This document shows, piece after piece, positions 50,845 through 61,277 of a DNA stretch of 64,000 nt. Numbering within the stretch: position 1 is the stretch's first letter; each line of letters begins with the position of its first letter. Below the pieces are notes generated by a model that was not told where the DNA came from, searched no databases, and saw only the letters and a list, made by a program, of their open reading frames with translations. Position numbers and translations under genes: made by a program. Source of the DNA: Candidatus Ghiorseimicrobium undicola (GTDB taxonomy: Bacteria > Omnitrophota > Gorgyraeia > Ghiorseimicrobiales > Ghiorseimicrobiaceae). The stretch is from positions 1,347 through 65,346 of the forward strand of contig PCWA01000109.1 of assembly GCA_002796125.1 (NCBI GenBank). The letters are read 5' to 3'.

Positions 50845-51213
50845 CTAAACTACTTCTGGGGCCAGCGAAATAATCTTCATGAAATCTTTCTCTCTCAACT
50901 CCCTGGCGACCGGCCCGAAAACTCTTGTCCCCTTAGGATTACGCTGATTATCAATGATTACCGCAGCATTACGGTCAAAACGTACTGTAGACCCGTCCGG
51001 CCTGCGTATGGGCGCCTTTGTCCTAACTACCACCGCTTTGGCAACCTCTCCTTTTTTTACGCCTGCATCAGGAGCAGATTCTTTTACATTTACGACTATC
51101 ACATCGCCAATTTCGGCGGTACGCCGGTTTTTTCTGCCGAGAACATTAATAAAGGAAACCTTCTTTGCTCCCGTATTATCCGCTACATCCAATATTGACC
51201 TTATTTGTATCAT
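50845..51213 (-). CDS. rplN: 50S ribosomal protein L14
   Basis: 122 aa. Confidence 0.95.
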   Translation of the reverse strand: MIQIRSILDVADNTGAKKVSFINVLGRKNRRTAEIGDVIVVNVKESAPDAGVKKGEVAKAVVVRTKAPIRRPDGSTVRFDRNAAVIIDNQRNPKGTRVFGPVARELREKDFMKIISLAPEVV

Positions 51214-51278
51214 TTTCTACTCTTATCCTTTACTTATTGAGCTTTATACAACTAAAAGCAAAAATCAATAGTTACTGA

Positions 51279-51554
51279 TTATTTCAAAACCTCTATCAAT
51301 CTCCAGTACTTATCTTTAGAAAGAGGCCTCGTCTCCATTATTCTTACGCGATCACCGATTTTAGCGGTATTATTTTCATCATGTACTTTAAACTTATTAT
51401 ATTTTTTTATTATTTTTTTATAGGCGGGGTGACGGGCAGCCATCTCAACCCTTACCACGATAGTTTTCTGCATTTTATCGCTGGTAACATAACCTATGCG
51501 CTCTTTCCTTTTTGCTCTAACATTTGTCATTTTATATTCTTCCTTTTTTTGCAC
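51279..51554 (-). CDS. rpsQ: 30S ribosomal protein S17
   Basis: 91 aa. Confidence 0.95.
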   Translation of the reverse strand: MQKKEEYKMTNVRAKRKERIGYVTSDKMQKTIVVRVEMAARHPAYKKIIKKYNKFKVHDENNTAKIGDRVRIMETRPLSKDKYWRLIEVLK

Positions 51555-51724
51555 AAAATAGTTTCAATCCTGGCAATATCTTTTTTAAATTTAGAGAATA
51601 AGTGCGGCTTATCTACCCTACCGAATTTACGCTGATAATTCAATTTATGCAGCTCTTCTTTACAGGATGTTTTTTTCTGAATAAGTTCATCTGCGCTCAA
51701 ATTAGTATAATCTTCTTTTTTCAC
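51527..51724 (-). CDS. rpmC: 50S ribosomal protein L29
   Basis: 65 aa; overlaps rpsQ. Confidence 0.9.
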   Translation of the reverse strand: MKKEDYTNLSADELIQKKTSCKEELHKLNYQRKFGRVDKPHLFSKFKKDIARIETILCKKRKNIK

Positions 51725-51799
51725 TAAATCTTCCCTTCCTGTCGTTATATTTTTAACACCCGCCTCGTATTTACGGCAGGCGAGAGGCAGGCGGTAAAA

Positions 51800-52219
51800 T
51801 TAATAGCTATGGCCGTGCTTAATTAATTTTGTTTTTACAGGCAGTTTAAAAGACGCCAGCCTAAAAGCCTCTTTAGCAAGGGCTTCAGGAACACCTCCCA
51901 GCTCAAAAAGAACCTGACCTCTTTTTACTACAGCTACCCAATGATCTAATTCACCCTTGCCTTTTCCCATGCGTGTTTCCGCGGGTTTTTTCGTCACGGA
52001 CTTATGCGGAAAAATCCTTATCCAAAGCTTCCCGCCGCGGCGAAGCTGCCTGGCGATTATAACGCGCACCGCCTCAATGTGCATACTTTTAATCCAGCCG
52101 TTATCCAAGGCTTTTAATCCGAACTCGCCGAAGTTAACCTTATTTGAACGCAAAGAAATGCCTTTACGCCTTCCTCTTTGTAATTTTCTATACTTTACTC
52201 TTTTGGGCATCAAAGCCAT
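51800..52219 (-). CDS. rplP: 50S ribosomal protein L16
   Basis: 139 aa. Confidence 0.95.
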   Translation of the reverse strand: MALMPKRVKYRKLQRGRRKGISLRSNKVNFGEFGLKALDNGWIKSMHIEAVRVIIARQLRRGGKLWIRIFPHKSVTKKPAETRMGKGKGELDHWVAVVKRGQVLFELGGVPEALAKEAFRLASFKLPVKTKLIKHGHSY

Positions 52220-52234
52220 AGCTTACCTACCTAT

Positions 52235-52969
52235 TTATTTTACTGATTTTGCTTCTCTAAACTTAAAATTTTCCTGCTTGGTCTCTATATCCTCTCGAAG
52301 ATTCATAGACCTACCTATAATGTCGCCTTTATAAATCCATACTTTTATGCCTATAAGGCCATATGTCGTGTAGGCCTCGCAAAAACCATAATCTATGTCT
52401 GCCCTCAGAGTTTGAAGCGGGATTTTTCCTTCCTTATATTTCTCGCGACGCGATATCTCTACCCCTCCCAACCTCCCGGCACAGGCAACTTTTATTCCTT
52501 TTGCCCCCGCGCTCATCGCCTGCTCTATTGCCCGCTTTACCGCTCTTCGATAAGCTACGCGCTTCTCTATCTGGAAAGCTATATTCTGCGCTACAATCTG
52601 GGCATCAATGGCGGGCCGCTTGACCTCCACTATATCAATAGCTAAATCTTTCTTGATTAGTTTATACAAATCCTGCTTTAATCTATCGATATCTGCTCCG
52701 TGCCTACCGATAATTACACCTGGACGCGCCGTATATATTCTAATACGCAGACTTCCGGTGCTAACCCTTTCGATTATTATTTTTGAAAGAGAAGCCTGGC
52801 GAAATTTAACGCGTATATAACTGCGTATCCTGGCATCTTCAACAATAAATCGGGCAAAGTCGCCTTTAGGAGCGAACCATCTACTGTTCCAGTCTTTAAT
52901 AAAGCCTATTCTTGATATTAGAGGATGAACTTTGTGTCCCAAAATTGCCTCCTTGATTAATCCTGACAA
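52235..52969 (-). CDS. rpsC: 30S ribosomal protein S3
   Basis: KH plus S3-C domains; the true start is probably the TTG 8 codons in (GHKVHP), with an AAGGAGG SD upstream. Confidence 0.95.
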   Translation of the reverse strand: MSGLIKEAILGHKVHPLISRIGFIKDWNSRWFAPKGDFARFIVEDARIRSYIRVKFRQASLSKIIIERVSTGSLRIRIYTARPGVIIGRHGADIDRLKQDLYKLIKKDLAIDIVEVKRPAIDAQIVAQNIAFQIEKRVAYRRAVKRAIEQAMSAGAKGIKVACAGRLGGVEISRREKYKEGKIPLQTLRADIDYGFCEAYTTYGLIGIKVWIYKGDIIGRSMNLREDIETKQENFKFREAKSVK

Positions 52970-53023
52970 GGCGTAACGAAAATTCCGTCTTGTGATATTC
53001 CTTACAATTTATGTAATTAACGC

Positions 53024-53359
53024 TTATTTATGTTTTAAATCCAATTCTATCTTAAGATGAACCGTGCGCTTCAAAATCGGCGCAGCCCTGCCAAACGCCG
53101 CTGCCCGGTATCGCTTCCATCTTGCGCCTTCATCAGCGCTGATACGGGATATATAGAGCTGTTGAGGTTCTATGCCTTTAACTTTAGCGTTAGCAATAGC
53201 AGAACGAAGCGTTTTAAGCACGTAATCCCGCGGACGCTTATTTAAATTAGGCAATAAGCCCAACGCATAAGAAACATCTTCGCCTCTAATTAAATCAATG
53301 ACTTCGCGTGTTTTTCTTGGTGACAGCCTTAAAAATTTGTTTTCTGCTCTTGATATCAT
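53024..53359 (-). CDS. rplV: 50S ribosomal protein L22
   Basis: 111 aa. Confidence 0.95.
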   Translation of the reverse strand: MISRAENKFLRLSPRKTREVIDLIRGEDVSYALGLLPNLNKRPRDYVLKTLRSAIANAKVKGIEPQQLYISRISADEGARWKRYRAAAFGRAAPILKRTVHLKIELDLKHK

Positions 53360-53483
53360 ATTAATGAGCCCACAACTTACGGAGTGAAGCTAACGTAAGT
53401 TGTTTGGGCGAATTAATCCCGCAGCCTATCAGGGTAAATTTCTGCGAAATTTACCCTGATGTTTAGGCAAGGGATATTGATCC
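53360..53483. repeat. Structured intergenic repeat family, copy 4, abutting the rplV start codon (inside the S10 operon)
   Basis: ttaatgagccc-[hairpin acaacttacg/cgtaagttgt]-ttgggcgaattaatcccg-[perfect hairpin cagggtaaattt/aaatttaccctg]-gtttaggcaagggat. Confidence 0.8.
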
Positions 53484-53494
53484 TTTAAATTATA

Positions 53495-53782
53495 TTAAGT
53501 TTTATCGGCTGCTTTCTTTGCTTTTACGCCGCCGTGTTTTCTGAATATGCGCGTTGGCGCAAACTCACCTAATTTATGCCCGACCATATTTTCGGTAATA
53601 AATACAGGCACGTGTTTTCTTCCGTCATAAACGGCAAATGTAAAACCTACGAAATCAGGAGTAACCACCGAGCGCCTGGACCATGTTTTAATTGCCTGGC
53701 GGCTTCCGGTTTTTCGTGCCCTATCTACCTTTTTTAATAACTTTTCATCTATAAATGGTCCTTTTTTTATCGACCGCGCCAT
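53495..53782 (-). CDS. rpsS: 30S ribosomal protein S19
   Basis: 95 aa. Confidence 0.95.
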   Translation of the reverse strand: MARSIKKGPFIDEKLLKKVDRARKTGSRQAIKTWSRRSVVTPDFVGFTFAVYDGRKHVPVFITENMVGHKLGEFAPTRIFRKHGGVKAKKAADKT

Positions 53783-53805
53783 ATCCCTCTCCGATGTTCA
53801 AAAAT

Positions 53806-54639
53806 TTATTTTCTTCTGTTCACTATATATTTATCAGAATATTTAACCTTCTTCCGGGTTCGGAAGCCTTTTGTGGGTTTCCCCCAAGGCGTTACCGGAT
53901 GAGGATTACCCTGCCCTGATTTACCCTCGCCTCCGCCGTGCGGATGATCGACAGGATTCATAACAACGCCTCTGACATGCGGCTTTCTCCCTTTCCAATT
54001 ATTTCTACCCGCTTTACCGTCTTTCTCCGCTTCATGACTTACATTACCGACTTGCCCTATGGTTGCCGAACAATCCAAGCGCACCAACCTGACTTCTCCG
54101 GAAGGAAGCCGAACATGCGCAAAATCTCCTTCCTTAGCCATTATCTGGGCGGACGTTCCTGCGCCCCTGACTATCTTGCCCCCCTGGCCTTTAACCAGTT
54201 CAATATTATGCATTAATGTTCCTGAAGGAATATTACGCAGAGGCATACAATTACCTGATTTAATATCAATCTCCGCCGTATCTGAGCTTATAACAGCATC
54301 TCCCACATTTAAATCCACAGGAGCTAGAATATAACGCTTTTCTTTATCTTCATATTCCAAAAGAGCAATCCTGCTTGAACGATTAGGGTCATATTCAATA
54401 GCAATAACCCTCGCAGGTATATTTTTCTTATCGCGTTTGAAATCTATGACACGATACATCCGTTTATGTCCGCCGCCGCGAAACCGCACGGTAATACGCC
54501 CATAACAATTCCTGCCGCCGCTTTTCTTTAAAGGCCTAAGAAGAGATTTTTCAGGCGTATTTTTAGTAATCTCCTCAAAGGTGGGACGCTTCATAAATCT
54601 CATACCGGGTGTTGTTGGATTATATTTTCTTATAGCCAT
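53806..54639 (-). CDS. rplB: 50S ribosomal protein L2
   Basis: 277 aa. Confidence 0.97.
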   Translation of the reverse strand: MAIRKYNPTTPGMRFMKRPTFEEITKNTPEKSLLRPLKKSGGRNCYGRITVRFRGGGHKRMYRVIDFKRDKKNIPARVIAIEYDPNRSSRIALLEYEDKEKRYILAPVDLNVGDAVISSDTAEIDIKSGNCMPLRNIPSGTLMHNIELVKGQGGKIVRGAGTSAQIMAKEGDFAHVRLPSGEVRLVRLDCSATIGQVGNVSHEAEKDGKAGRNNWKGRKPHVRGVVMNPVDHPHGGGEGKSGQGNPHPVTPWGKPTKGFRTRKKVKYSDKYIVNRRK

Positions 54640-54680
54640 AGTTTAAGTTTTAATTTTGATTTTCTTTGATTTTTTATTTT

Positions 54681-54959
54681 TTATGTTGTGTCTATCTTAT
54701 GACCTTCTTTTAAGCTGACTATCGCCTTTTTCCAGTCTGAAGTATATCCAGTCTGATAGCGTAATCTTTTTGCCTTCCCCTTAGAAATCAACGTATTTAC
54801 ACAGTCAACTTTAACCTTATAAATTGATTCAACCGCCTTTTTTATCTGTATTTTATTCGCTCTTTTATTAACCCAAAATACATACCTTCCAAAAGGCTCA
54901 TCAAAGTTTGTGCTTTTTTCGGTGCGAATTATCGTCTTAACAACGTCGTAATTATCCAT
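54681..54959 (-). CDS. rplW: 50S ribosomal protein L23
   Basis: 92 aa. Confidence 0.9.
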   Translation of the reverse strand: MDNYDVVKTIIRTEKSTNFDEPFGRYVFWVNKRANKIQIKKAVESIYKVKVDCVNTLISKGKAKRLRYQTGYTSDWKKAIVSLKEGHKIDTT

Positions 54960-54964
54960 ATTTT

Positions 54965-55666
54965 CTAAAGGCTGTTTTTTATTCTGCTGGTTATTTTTTT
55001 TAGCGCCTCTTTAGTCATCAATAATTTCTTATGGCACAACACATCATAAGCAGTTACGTCTTCCGGCCTGATTATATTTAAATTCGCGATATTCCCCATG
55101 GAACGCCGTACTCCGGCGCTGTTATCAAAAACGCCTAATGTCGCGCTACTAAGGCGTGTTCCGGAAATAATCCCCGGTAAATGCGATAATAATTTTATCG
55201 CGTCTTTTGTTTTCTCAAGCTTAGCCAAACTATCAAGCAGTATAACATCCTGATTGTTAAGGCGGCTGTTAATGCTGGATTTCAAAGCTGAGATTCTTAT
55301 TTTCTGCGGTATGGTATAAGAAAAATCGCGCGGCCTGGGACCAAAAGTAACGCCTCCATGCTTAAAAAGCGGCGAACGGGAAGAACCTGCTCTCGCGCGC
55401 CCGGTACCTTTCTGCCTCCAAGGCTTTTTCCCGCCTCCGGACACTTCACCGCGGGTTTTCGTAGAAGCGGTACCCGTACGTAAATTCGCCTGATAACAAA
55501 TCACTGCCTGATGCAGGATATCCTTGTTGACTCCACCGTCAAAAATATGCTTATCCAAAACCAAATCCTCCAGCTTCCTGCCGTCGCTGCCGTAAACAGA
55601 CAACTTGAAATCTTGAGGATCTTTGGTTGCCAAATTATTTTTTTTGTTAGATTTAATATCGGTCAT
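54965..55666 (-). CDS. rplD: 50S ribosomal protein L4
   Basis: 233 aa. Confidence 0.95.
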   Translation of the reverse strand: MTDIKSNKKNNLATKDPQDFKLSVYGSDGRKLEDLVLDKHIFDGGVNKDILHQAVICYQANLRTGTASTKTRGEVSGGGKKPWRQKGTGRARAGSSRSPLFKHGGVTFGPRPRDFSYTIPQKIRISALKSSINSRLNNQDVILLDSLAKLEKTKDAIKLLSHLPGIISGTRLSSATLGVFDNSAGVRRSMGNIANLNIIRPEDVTAYDVLCHKKLLMTKEALKKITSRIKNSL

Positions 55667-55674
55667 TTAGATTC

Positions 55675-56376
55675 CTATTTCTTTTTTATATTTTTCTTAC
55701 CCTTTGGCTTACTTTGTTTTTTCTCTGCTTCTCTTGCGGCAGCTTCAGCTTTTAGGGCATTTATATCACCGCGTTTTTTTGCTTTTCGGATTATTACATA
55801 ACTATTTTTATGGCCTGCTACAGAACCTTTAACGGATAGCATATTATTTTCACTGTCTACGCTGACCACTCTGAGATTTTGCACGGTAATGCGGCTATTT
55901 CCCATATGCCCGGGCATGTGCGTATTTTTAAATACGCGCGAAGGGTCGGAACTAGCACCTATAGAACCGACTCTGCGATGAGACATGGAACCATGGCTCT
56001 TCGGTCCGCCACTCCAATGCCAGCGTTTGACGCCGCCCTGAAACCCTTTACCTATAGAAACGCCTGTAACATCCACAAAATCGCCTTCTTTGAATATATC
56101 CACCTTTATCGCCTGGCCGATATTGTATTCTTGCGGTTTATCAACTTTTATTTCCTTAATAAAAGCCTGCGGCTCAACGGATATCTTTTTGAAAACACCG
56201 GACTGTGGACGCGCCAGCCGCCTATCAGCAATCTTACCGAAACCAACCTGTATACTATTGGCTTTTTTCTGAATTACAAAACACGGCCCTGCCTCAATAA
56301 CCGTAACCGGAACAAAACGCCCGTCTTCATTAAATTTATGCGTCATCCCTAATTTTCTACCTAATAAACCGCTCAT
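55675..56376 (-). CDS. rplC: 50S ribosomal protein L3 (with Lys-rich C-terminal tail)
   Basis: 233 aa. Confidence 0.95.
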   Translation of the reverse strand: MSGLLGRKLGMTHKFNEDGRFVPVTVIEAGPCFVIQKKANSIQVGFGKIADRRLARPQSGVFKKISVEPQAFIKEIKVDKPQEYNIGQAIKVDIFKEGDFVDVTGVSIGKGFQGGVKRWHWSGGPKSHGSMSHRRVGSIGASSDPSRVFKNTHMPGHMGNSRITVQNLRVVSVDSENNMLSVKGSVAGHKNSYVIIRKAKKRGDINALKAEAAAREAEKKQSKPKGKKNIKKK

Positions 56377-56467
56377 AGTGATTTTAAAATTTACAATCGG
56401 ATTTTTCTATAGAGCAGGCAGAATTAATATTTTTAAACGCCGGCTTTTGAATCCAATTGTATAATTA

Positions 56468-56767
56468 TTATTTTATTTCTACCGCTACTCCAGCAGGTAG
56501 GTTTAGCTTACGCAGGGCATCAACCGTCTTAGCCGTAGGATCAAGCAACTCTAAAAGACGACGATGCGTAAAAAGGCCAAATTGTTCCCGTGATTTTTTA
56601 TCAATAACCGTAGCCCTTAACACTGTGTATATCTCTTTTTTAGTCGGCAGCGGAATCGGTCCTGAAACACGCGCACCAGTCCTTTTCGCTGTCTCTACGA
56701 TTTCCTGTGTTGATTGATCAAGCAATCTGTGATCGTAAGCTTTTAATTTTATACGTATCTTCTGCAT
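56468..56767 (-). CDS. rpsJ: 30S ribosomal protein S10
   Basis: Likely start ATG at 56767 ([12 protein letters not shown] matches the S10 N-terminus); the ORF track begins at an upstream in-frame GTG (56779). Confidence 0.95.
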   Translation of the reverse strand: MQKIRIKLKAYDHRLLDQSTQEIVETAKRTGARVSGPIPLPTKKEIYTVLRATVIDKKSREQFGLFTHRRLLELLDPTAKTVDALRKLNLPAGVAVEIK

Positions 56768-56930
56768 TTTAATGAGCACATAAGTTACGGAAGCGAAGCT
56801 GACGTAATTTATAAGTGCGAATTAATCCCGAAGCCTGTGCAGTAAATTTCGAAGAAATTTACAAACGTTTAGGCGAGGGATACATTTACAAACTGCTGAG
56901 CCCATCCGCCTGCGGCGAAATATGGGCGAA
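56768..56930. repeat. Structured intergenic repeat family, copy 5 (with 3' extension module), between the tuf stop and the rpsJ start
   Basis: tttaatgagcac-[hairpin ataagttacg/cgtaatttat with a G-T pair]-gtgcgaattaatcccg-[cagtaaattt/aaatttac]-gtttaggcgagggatacattt...gagcccatccgcctgcggcgaaatatgggcgaatt. Confidence 0.8.
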
Positions 56931-58136
56931 TTAAGCGATTATCTCAGAAACCACGCCGGCTCCTACTGTATGGCCGCCTTCACGAATAGCAAAACGTGAT
57001 TCTTTCTCCATGGCAATCGGAACAATCAATTCTACTTCTACTGTTACGTTATCGCCAGGCATAACCATCTCCGTTCCTTCGGGAAGTTTTACATTCCCCG
57101 TAACATCGGTTGTTCTGAAATAAAACTGAGGACGGTAGCCGGTAAAAAACGGCGTATGTCTTCCGCCTTCTTCTTTACTTAAAACATAAACCTGGGCTTT
57201 AAATTTGGTATGCGGAGTAATGGAACCGGTCGCAGCCAATACCATACCTCTCTCAAGAGTAGCTTTTTCTACGCCTCTTAAAAGCAGACCTACGTTATCT
57301 CCTGCCTGCCCTTCATCCAGCAACTTACGAAACATCTCAATACCCGTAACTACTGTCTTGCCTATTTCCGGTTTAAGCCCCACTATATCTATATTCTCAT
57401 TAAGCTTTATTTTACCACGCTCAATCCTGCCGGTTCCTACTGTACCGCGGCCTTCTATTGAAAAAACGTCTTCTATGGCCATAAGAAATGGCTTATCTAA
57501 GTCCCTCTTAGGCAGGGGAATATAGTCATCAACGGCCTTCATAAGGTCTACAATCGGTTTACACTTAGGGCAATCGTCTTTAGCGCAACCACAACCCATT
57601 GCCTCAAGCGCGCTTCCTTTAATAACAGGGACCTTATCCCCTTCAAAGTTATATTTTGTAAGCAATTCCCTGGTTTCCATCTCCACCAAATCAATCAGCT
57701 CTTTATCGTCAACCATATCTACTTTATTCAAAAATACAACCAATGCCGGCACATTTACCTGACGGGCTAAAAGAATGTGCTCTCTTGTTTGAGGCATCGG
57801 GCCGTCCGCGGCTGAAACAACCAATATACCGCCGTCCATCTGCGCGGCACCGGTAATCATGTTTTTAATGTAGTCGGCGTGACCCGGGCAGTCAATATGC
57901 GCATAATGCCTGGCATCTGTCTGATACTCAACATGGGCGATGTTAATCGTTACTCCTCTTTCCTTTTCTTCAGGAGCATTATCAATAGAATCATAAGTTC
58001 TGGCTTCAGCATAACCTTTCTTACCTAAAACCATTGTTATAGCCGAAGTTAACGTGGTTTTTCCATGATCAACGTGCCCTACTGTTCCGATATTTACGTG
58101 TGGCTTATTTCTTACAAATTTTTCTTTAGCCATCAT
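56931..58136 (-). CDS. tuf: Elongation factor Tu
   Basis: 401 aa; GHVDHGKTT; strong AAGGAGGG SD. Confidence 0.98.
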   Translation of the reverse strand: MMAKEKFVRNKPHVNIGTVGHVDHGKTTLTSAITMVLGKKGYAEARTYDSIDNAPEEKERGVTINIAHVEYQTDARHYAHIDCPGHADYIKNMITGAAQMDGGILVVSAADGPMPQTREHILLARQVNVPALVVFLNKVDMVDDKELIDLVEMETRELLTKYNFEGDKVPVIKGSALEAMGCGCAKDDCPKCKPIVDLMKAVDDYIPLPKRDLDKPFLMAIEDVFSIEGRGTVGTGRIERGKIKLNENIDIVGLKPEIGKTVVTGIEMFRKLLDEGQAGDNVGLLLRGVEKATLERGMVLAATGSITPHTKFKAQVYVLSKEEGGRHTPFFTGYRPQFYFRTTDVTGNVKLPEGTEMVMPGDNVTVEVELIVPIAMEKESRFAIREGGHTVGAGVVSEIIA

Positions 58137-58206
58137 ACCCTCCTTAGTAACCCCTGGATTGCTCGGGGATTGAATCTGCGTATTTTATTTTAATTCCTTA
58201 GTTTAC

Positions 58207-60297
58207 TTATCTTGCTCCGGCTTTTACCGCAGCCCCCTGCATTACAATCTTTTGTGATATATGTGAAGGCACCTCTGCGTAATACGAGGGCTCCATCGTA
58301 TAGGAAGCTCTACCCTGGGTGATAGACCTAAGGGTAGTAGCATAACCAAACATTTCCGCCAAAGGCACATTTCCTCTTAATACGCGCACGTTACCGCGCT
58401 TACCAACAGAAAGAATCTTTCCTCGTTTCGATGTTAAATCACCAATTACTGTTCCCATGAATTCATCGGGCACTACAATCTCAATATCCATTATCGGCTC
58501 AAGCAATACAGCTCCCCCCTTACGCAAGCCATCGGAAAGCGCGATACCGGCTGCCATCTGAAAGGCTAGTTCCGATGAATCAACATCGTGATAAGAACCG
58601 TCTACTAAAGTTACAACCGCATCTATGACAGGATATCCTGCCAATACTCCGTTTTTAGCCGCGGCCAGCACGCCCTTTTTTACCGCCGGGATAAATTCTC
58701 TTGGTATTGAACCACCCCTTATCTTGTCGATAAATTCTATTCCCTTGGTAGACTCCTCAGAAGGGGCCATTTCAAAAACAACATGCCCATATTGGCCTCT
58801 GCCGCCTGACTGCTGGACAAACTTACCTACGCTTGTAACTTTTTTTGTAAGTGTTTCTTTATAAGCAACCTGGGGACGCCCGATATTGGCATCAACTTTA
58901 AACTCGCGCGAAATCCTGTCTATTATAATATCCAAATGAAGCTGGCCCATTCCTGAAATAATATTTTCGCCTGTTTCAGAATCATATTTTACCTTAAAAG
59001 ACGGATCTTCATCTTCAAGCTTTTTTAAAGCTAAGGCTAGTTTTTCCTGATCCGCTTTTGTCTTTGGCTCAATAGCCTGTGAAATAACCGGTTCCGGAAA
59101 TTTCATCGGCTCAAGTATGATAAAATTATTCTCGTCACAGATAGTATCTCCCGTCTTGGTATCCTTTAAGCCAACCAAAGCGGCTATATCTCCGCAAGAA
59201 ACATCCGAAACTATCTCCTGCTTATTGGCATGCATCTGGACAATTTTTGCTATCCTTTCCTTTTGGCGGCGAGTCGCATTATAAGCGTATGTTCCGGAAG
59301 AAAGTTTGCCCGAATAAACCCTGATATAACTTAATTTCCCAACATATGGGTCAGTGGCAACCTTAAAACATAACGCGCAGAAAGGAGCTTCTTCAGAAAC
59401 GCTTATCTCTTCATATTCTTCCTTGGCATTCATGCCTTTAACGCTGGCTACATCTTTTGGAGAAGGAAGATAATCACATACCGCATCCAATAAAGGCTGC
59501 ACGCCTTTATTCTTAAACGAAGACCCGCAAAAAACAGGTACAAAATGCCCTGTTACTACTGCCTGCCGGATAGAGTTGCGTATTTCAGAAACCGCTATCG
59601 GTTGATTGTGTAAAAATTTATCCATAATATAATCATTGGCATCTGATAATCTTTCCAGCATGGCTTCGCGGGCTTTTTCCGCTTTATCTTTATAATCAGC
59701 AGGAATATCAACAATTTCAAAAGTTTTACCCGCTTCATCACTGAACAAATAAAGTTTTTGGTCTATTAAATCTATCATCCCATTGAAATCATCTTCGGAC
59801 CCGTAGGGAATCTGAACTGCTGCCGCATTAGCACCTAATCTCTCATGCATCTGCTTTAAAACTTCGTCAAAATCAGCGCCTACCCTGTCCATCTTATTCA
59901 CGTAGGCAATGCGCGGAACCCCATACCTATCAGCCTGCCGCCATACGGTCTCAGATTGCGGCTCAACTCCGCCCACACCGCAAAATACCACTACCGCGCC
60001 GTCAAGAATTTTAAGAGAACGCTCTACCTCAACGGTAAAATCCACATGGCCGGGAGTATCTATTATGTTTATACGGCAATCGCGCCATGCACAAGTTGTT
60101 GCCGCTGCTGTTATGGTTATGCCTCTTTCCTGCTCTTGAGCCATCCAGTCCATCGTAGCCGTTCCCTCATGAACCTCGCCAAGCTTATGAGTCCTGCCGG
60201 TATAAAATAACACACGCTCGGTAGTGGTGGTTTTACCCGCATCGATGTGCGCGATTATTCCTATATTTCTAATTTTATCTAACGGTGTTTTCTTCAT
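58207..60297 (-). CDS. fusA: Elongation factor G
   Basis: 696 aa; AHIDAGKTT. Confidence 0.98.
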   Translation of the reverse strand: MKKTPLDKIRNIGIIAHIDAGKTTTTERVLFYTGRTHKLGEVHEGTATMDWMAQEQERGITITAAATTCAWRDCRINIIDTPGHVDFTVEVERSLKILDGAVVVFCGVGGVEPQSETVWRQADRYGVPRIAYVNKMDRVGADFDEVLKQMHERLGANAAAVQIPYGSEDDFNGMIDLIDQKLYLFSDEAGKTFEIVDIPADYKDKAEKAREAMLERLSDANDYIMDKFLHNQPIAVSEIRNSIRQAVVTGHFVPVFCGSSFKNKGVQPLLDAVCDYLPSPKDVASVKGMNAKEEYEEISVSEEAPFCALCFKVATDPYVGKLSYIRVYSGKLSSGTYAYNATRRQKERIAKIVQMHANKQEIVSDVSCGDIAALVGLKDTKTGDTICDENNFIILEPMKFPEPVISQAIEPKTKADQEKLALALKKLEDEDPSFKVKYDSETGENIISGMGQLHLDIIIDRISREFKVDANIGRPQVAYKETLTKKVTSVGKFVQQSGGRGQYGHVVFEMAPSEESTKGIEFIDKIRGGSIPREFIPAVKKGVLAAAKNGVLAGYPVIDAVVTLVDGSYHDVDSSELAFQMAAGIALSDGLRKGGAVLLEPIMDIEIVVPDEFMGTVIGDLTSKRGKILSVGKRGNVRVLRGNVPLAEMFGYATTLRSITQGRASYTMEPSYYAEVPSHISQKIVMQGAAVKAGAR

Positions 60298-60341
60298 AAT
60301 AAATTATAGTTTTTCGCAACCTATTAACTATAAACGTACTT

Positions 60342-60812
60342 TTACCATCTAAAATGCGCAAAGGCCTTATTGGCTTCGGCCATTTTATGCGTATCGTCGC
60401 GTTTTTTTATGCAGGCACCCTCGCCTTTATAGGCAGAAAAAATTTCATCGGCTAATTTTTCCAGCATTGGTTTGCCTTTTTTACCATCGGCAAAATCTCT
60501 TATCCAGCGAAGGGCGATAGAAACCCCGCGGTCATGCTTTACCTCTATCGGCACCTGATATGTAGCGCCACCCACACGCCTTGGCTTCACTTCCAGTCTC
60601 GGGCGCGCATTATCCAAAGCCTTATAGAAAACTTTTAAAGCATCAGGTTCATTAGTTTTGTCTTTTAGCTTTTCAAATGCACCGTAAACAATCTTTTCCG
60701 CCATGGACTTTTTGCCTTTTGACATAACCATGTTTATAAATTTTGCCACGACCTTGCTGTTAAACTTGGCGTCCGGTTTAAGCTCTCTTCTTTTTTTATT
60801 TCCTCGTCTCAT
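60342..60812 (-). CDS. rpsG: 30S ribosomal protein S7
   Basis: 156 aa. Confidence 0.95.
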   Translation of the reverse strand: MRRGNKKRRELKPDAKFNSKVVAKFINMVMSKGKKSMAEKIVYGAFEKLKDKTNEPDALKVFYKALDNARPRLEVKPRRVGGATYQVPIEVKHDRGVSIALRWIRDFADGKKGKPMLEKLADEIFSAYKGEGACIKKRDDTHKMAEANKAFAHFRW

Positions 60813-60904
60813 GTTTTCTTTGCTCCGTGCTGCCTATAAGTAAAATTTAATGAATTTATAATTATATAGTAGAAATTAAAAAATTACAACCTTTATTTAA
60901 AAAT

Positions 60905-61276
60905 TTATTTGCTTCTCTTTGTTCCGTATTTGGAACGGCTGCGCTTTCTATTGGCAACCCCCGCCGTATCTAATGTTCCCCTGACTATATGATAGCGGAC
61001 GCCGGGCAAATCCTTAACTCTGCCGCCACGCACCAACACTATAGAATGCTCCTGAAGATTATGCCCCTCGCCTGGAATATAAGAAGTGACTTCCAGGCCG
61101 GTCGTAAGCCTGACACGAGCGATTTTTCTTAAAGCAGAATTAGGCTTTTTGGGAGTCATTGTCCTTACCTGAACACATACGCCTCGTCTCTGCGGGCATC
61201 TCTTCAAAGCCGGAGATTTTGATTTTTTATTCTTTCGTTCTCTTCCTTTTCTAATTAATTGCGATATAGTTGGCAT
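60905..61276 (-). CDS. rpsL: 30S ribosomal protein S12
   Basis: Likely start [12 protein letters not shown] at 61276 (the ORF track extends to 61312); the ATG lies 1 nt after the rpoC stop. Confidence 0.95.
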   Translation of the reverse strand: MPTISQLIRKGRERKNKKSKSPALKRCPQRRGVCVQVRTMTPKKPNSALRKIARVRLTTGLEVTSYIPGEGHNLQEHSIVLVRGGRVKDLPGVRYHIVRGTLDTAGVANRKRSRSKYGTKRSK

Positions 61277-61277
61277 A

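Noticed and set aside
45636-56930. Tiny ORFs inside the start-codon-abutting repeats (e.g. MSPQLTE on the plus strand, LWAH or MRSLKCLE on the minus strand)
   Set aside because: They are too short, not conserved between copies, and have no RBS. The copies are conserved at the nucleotide and structure level, not at the peptide level.
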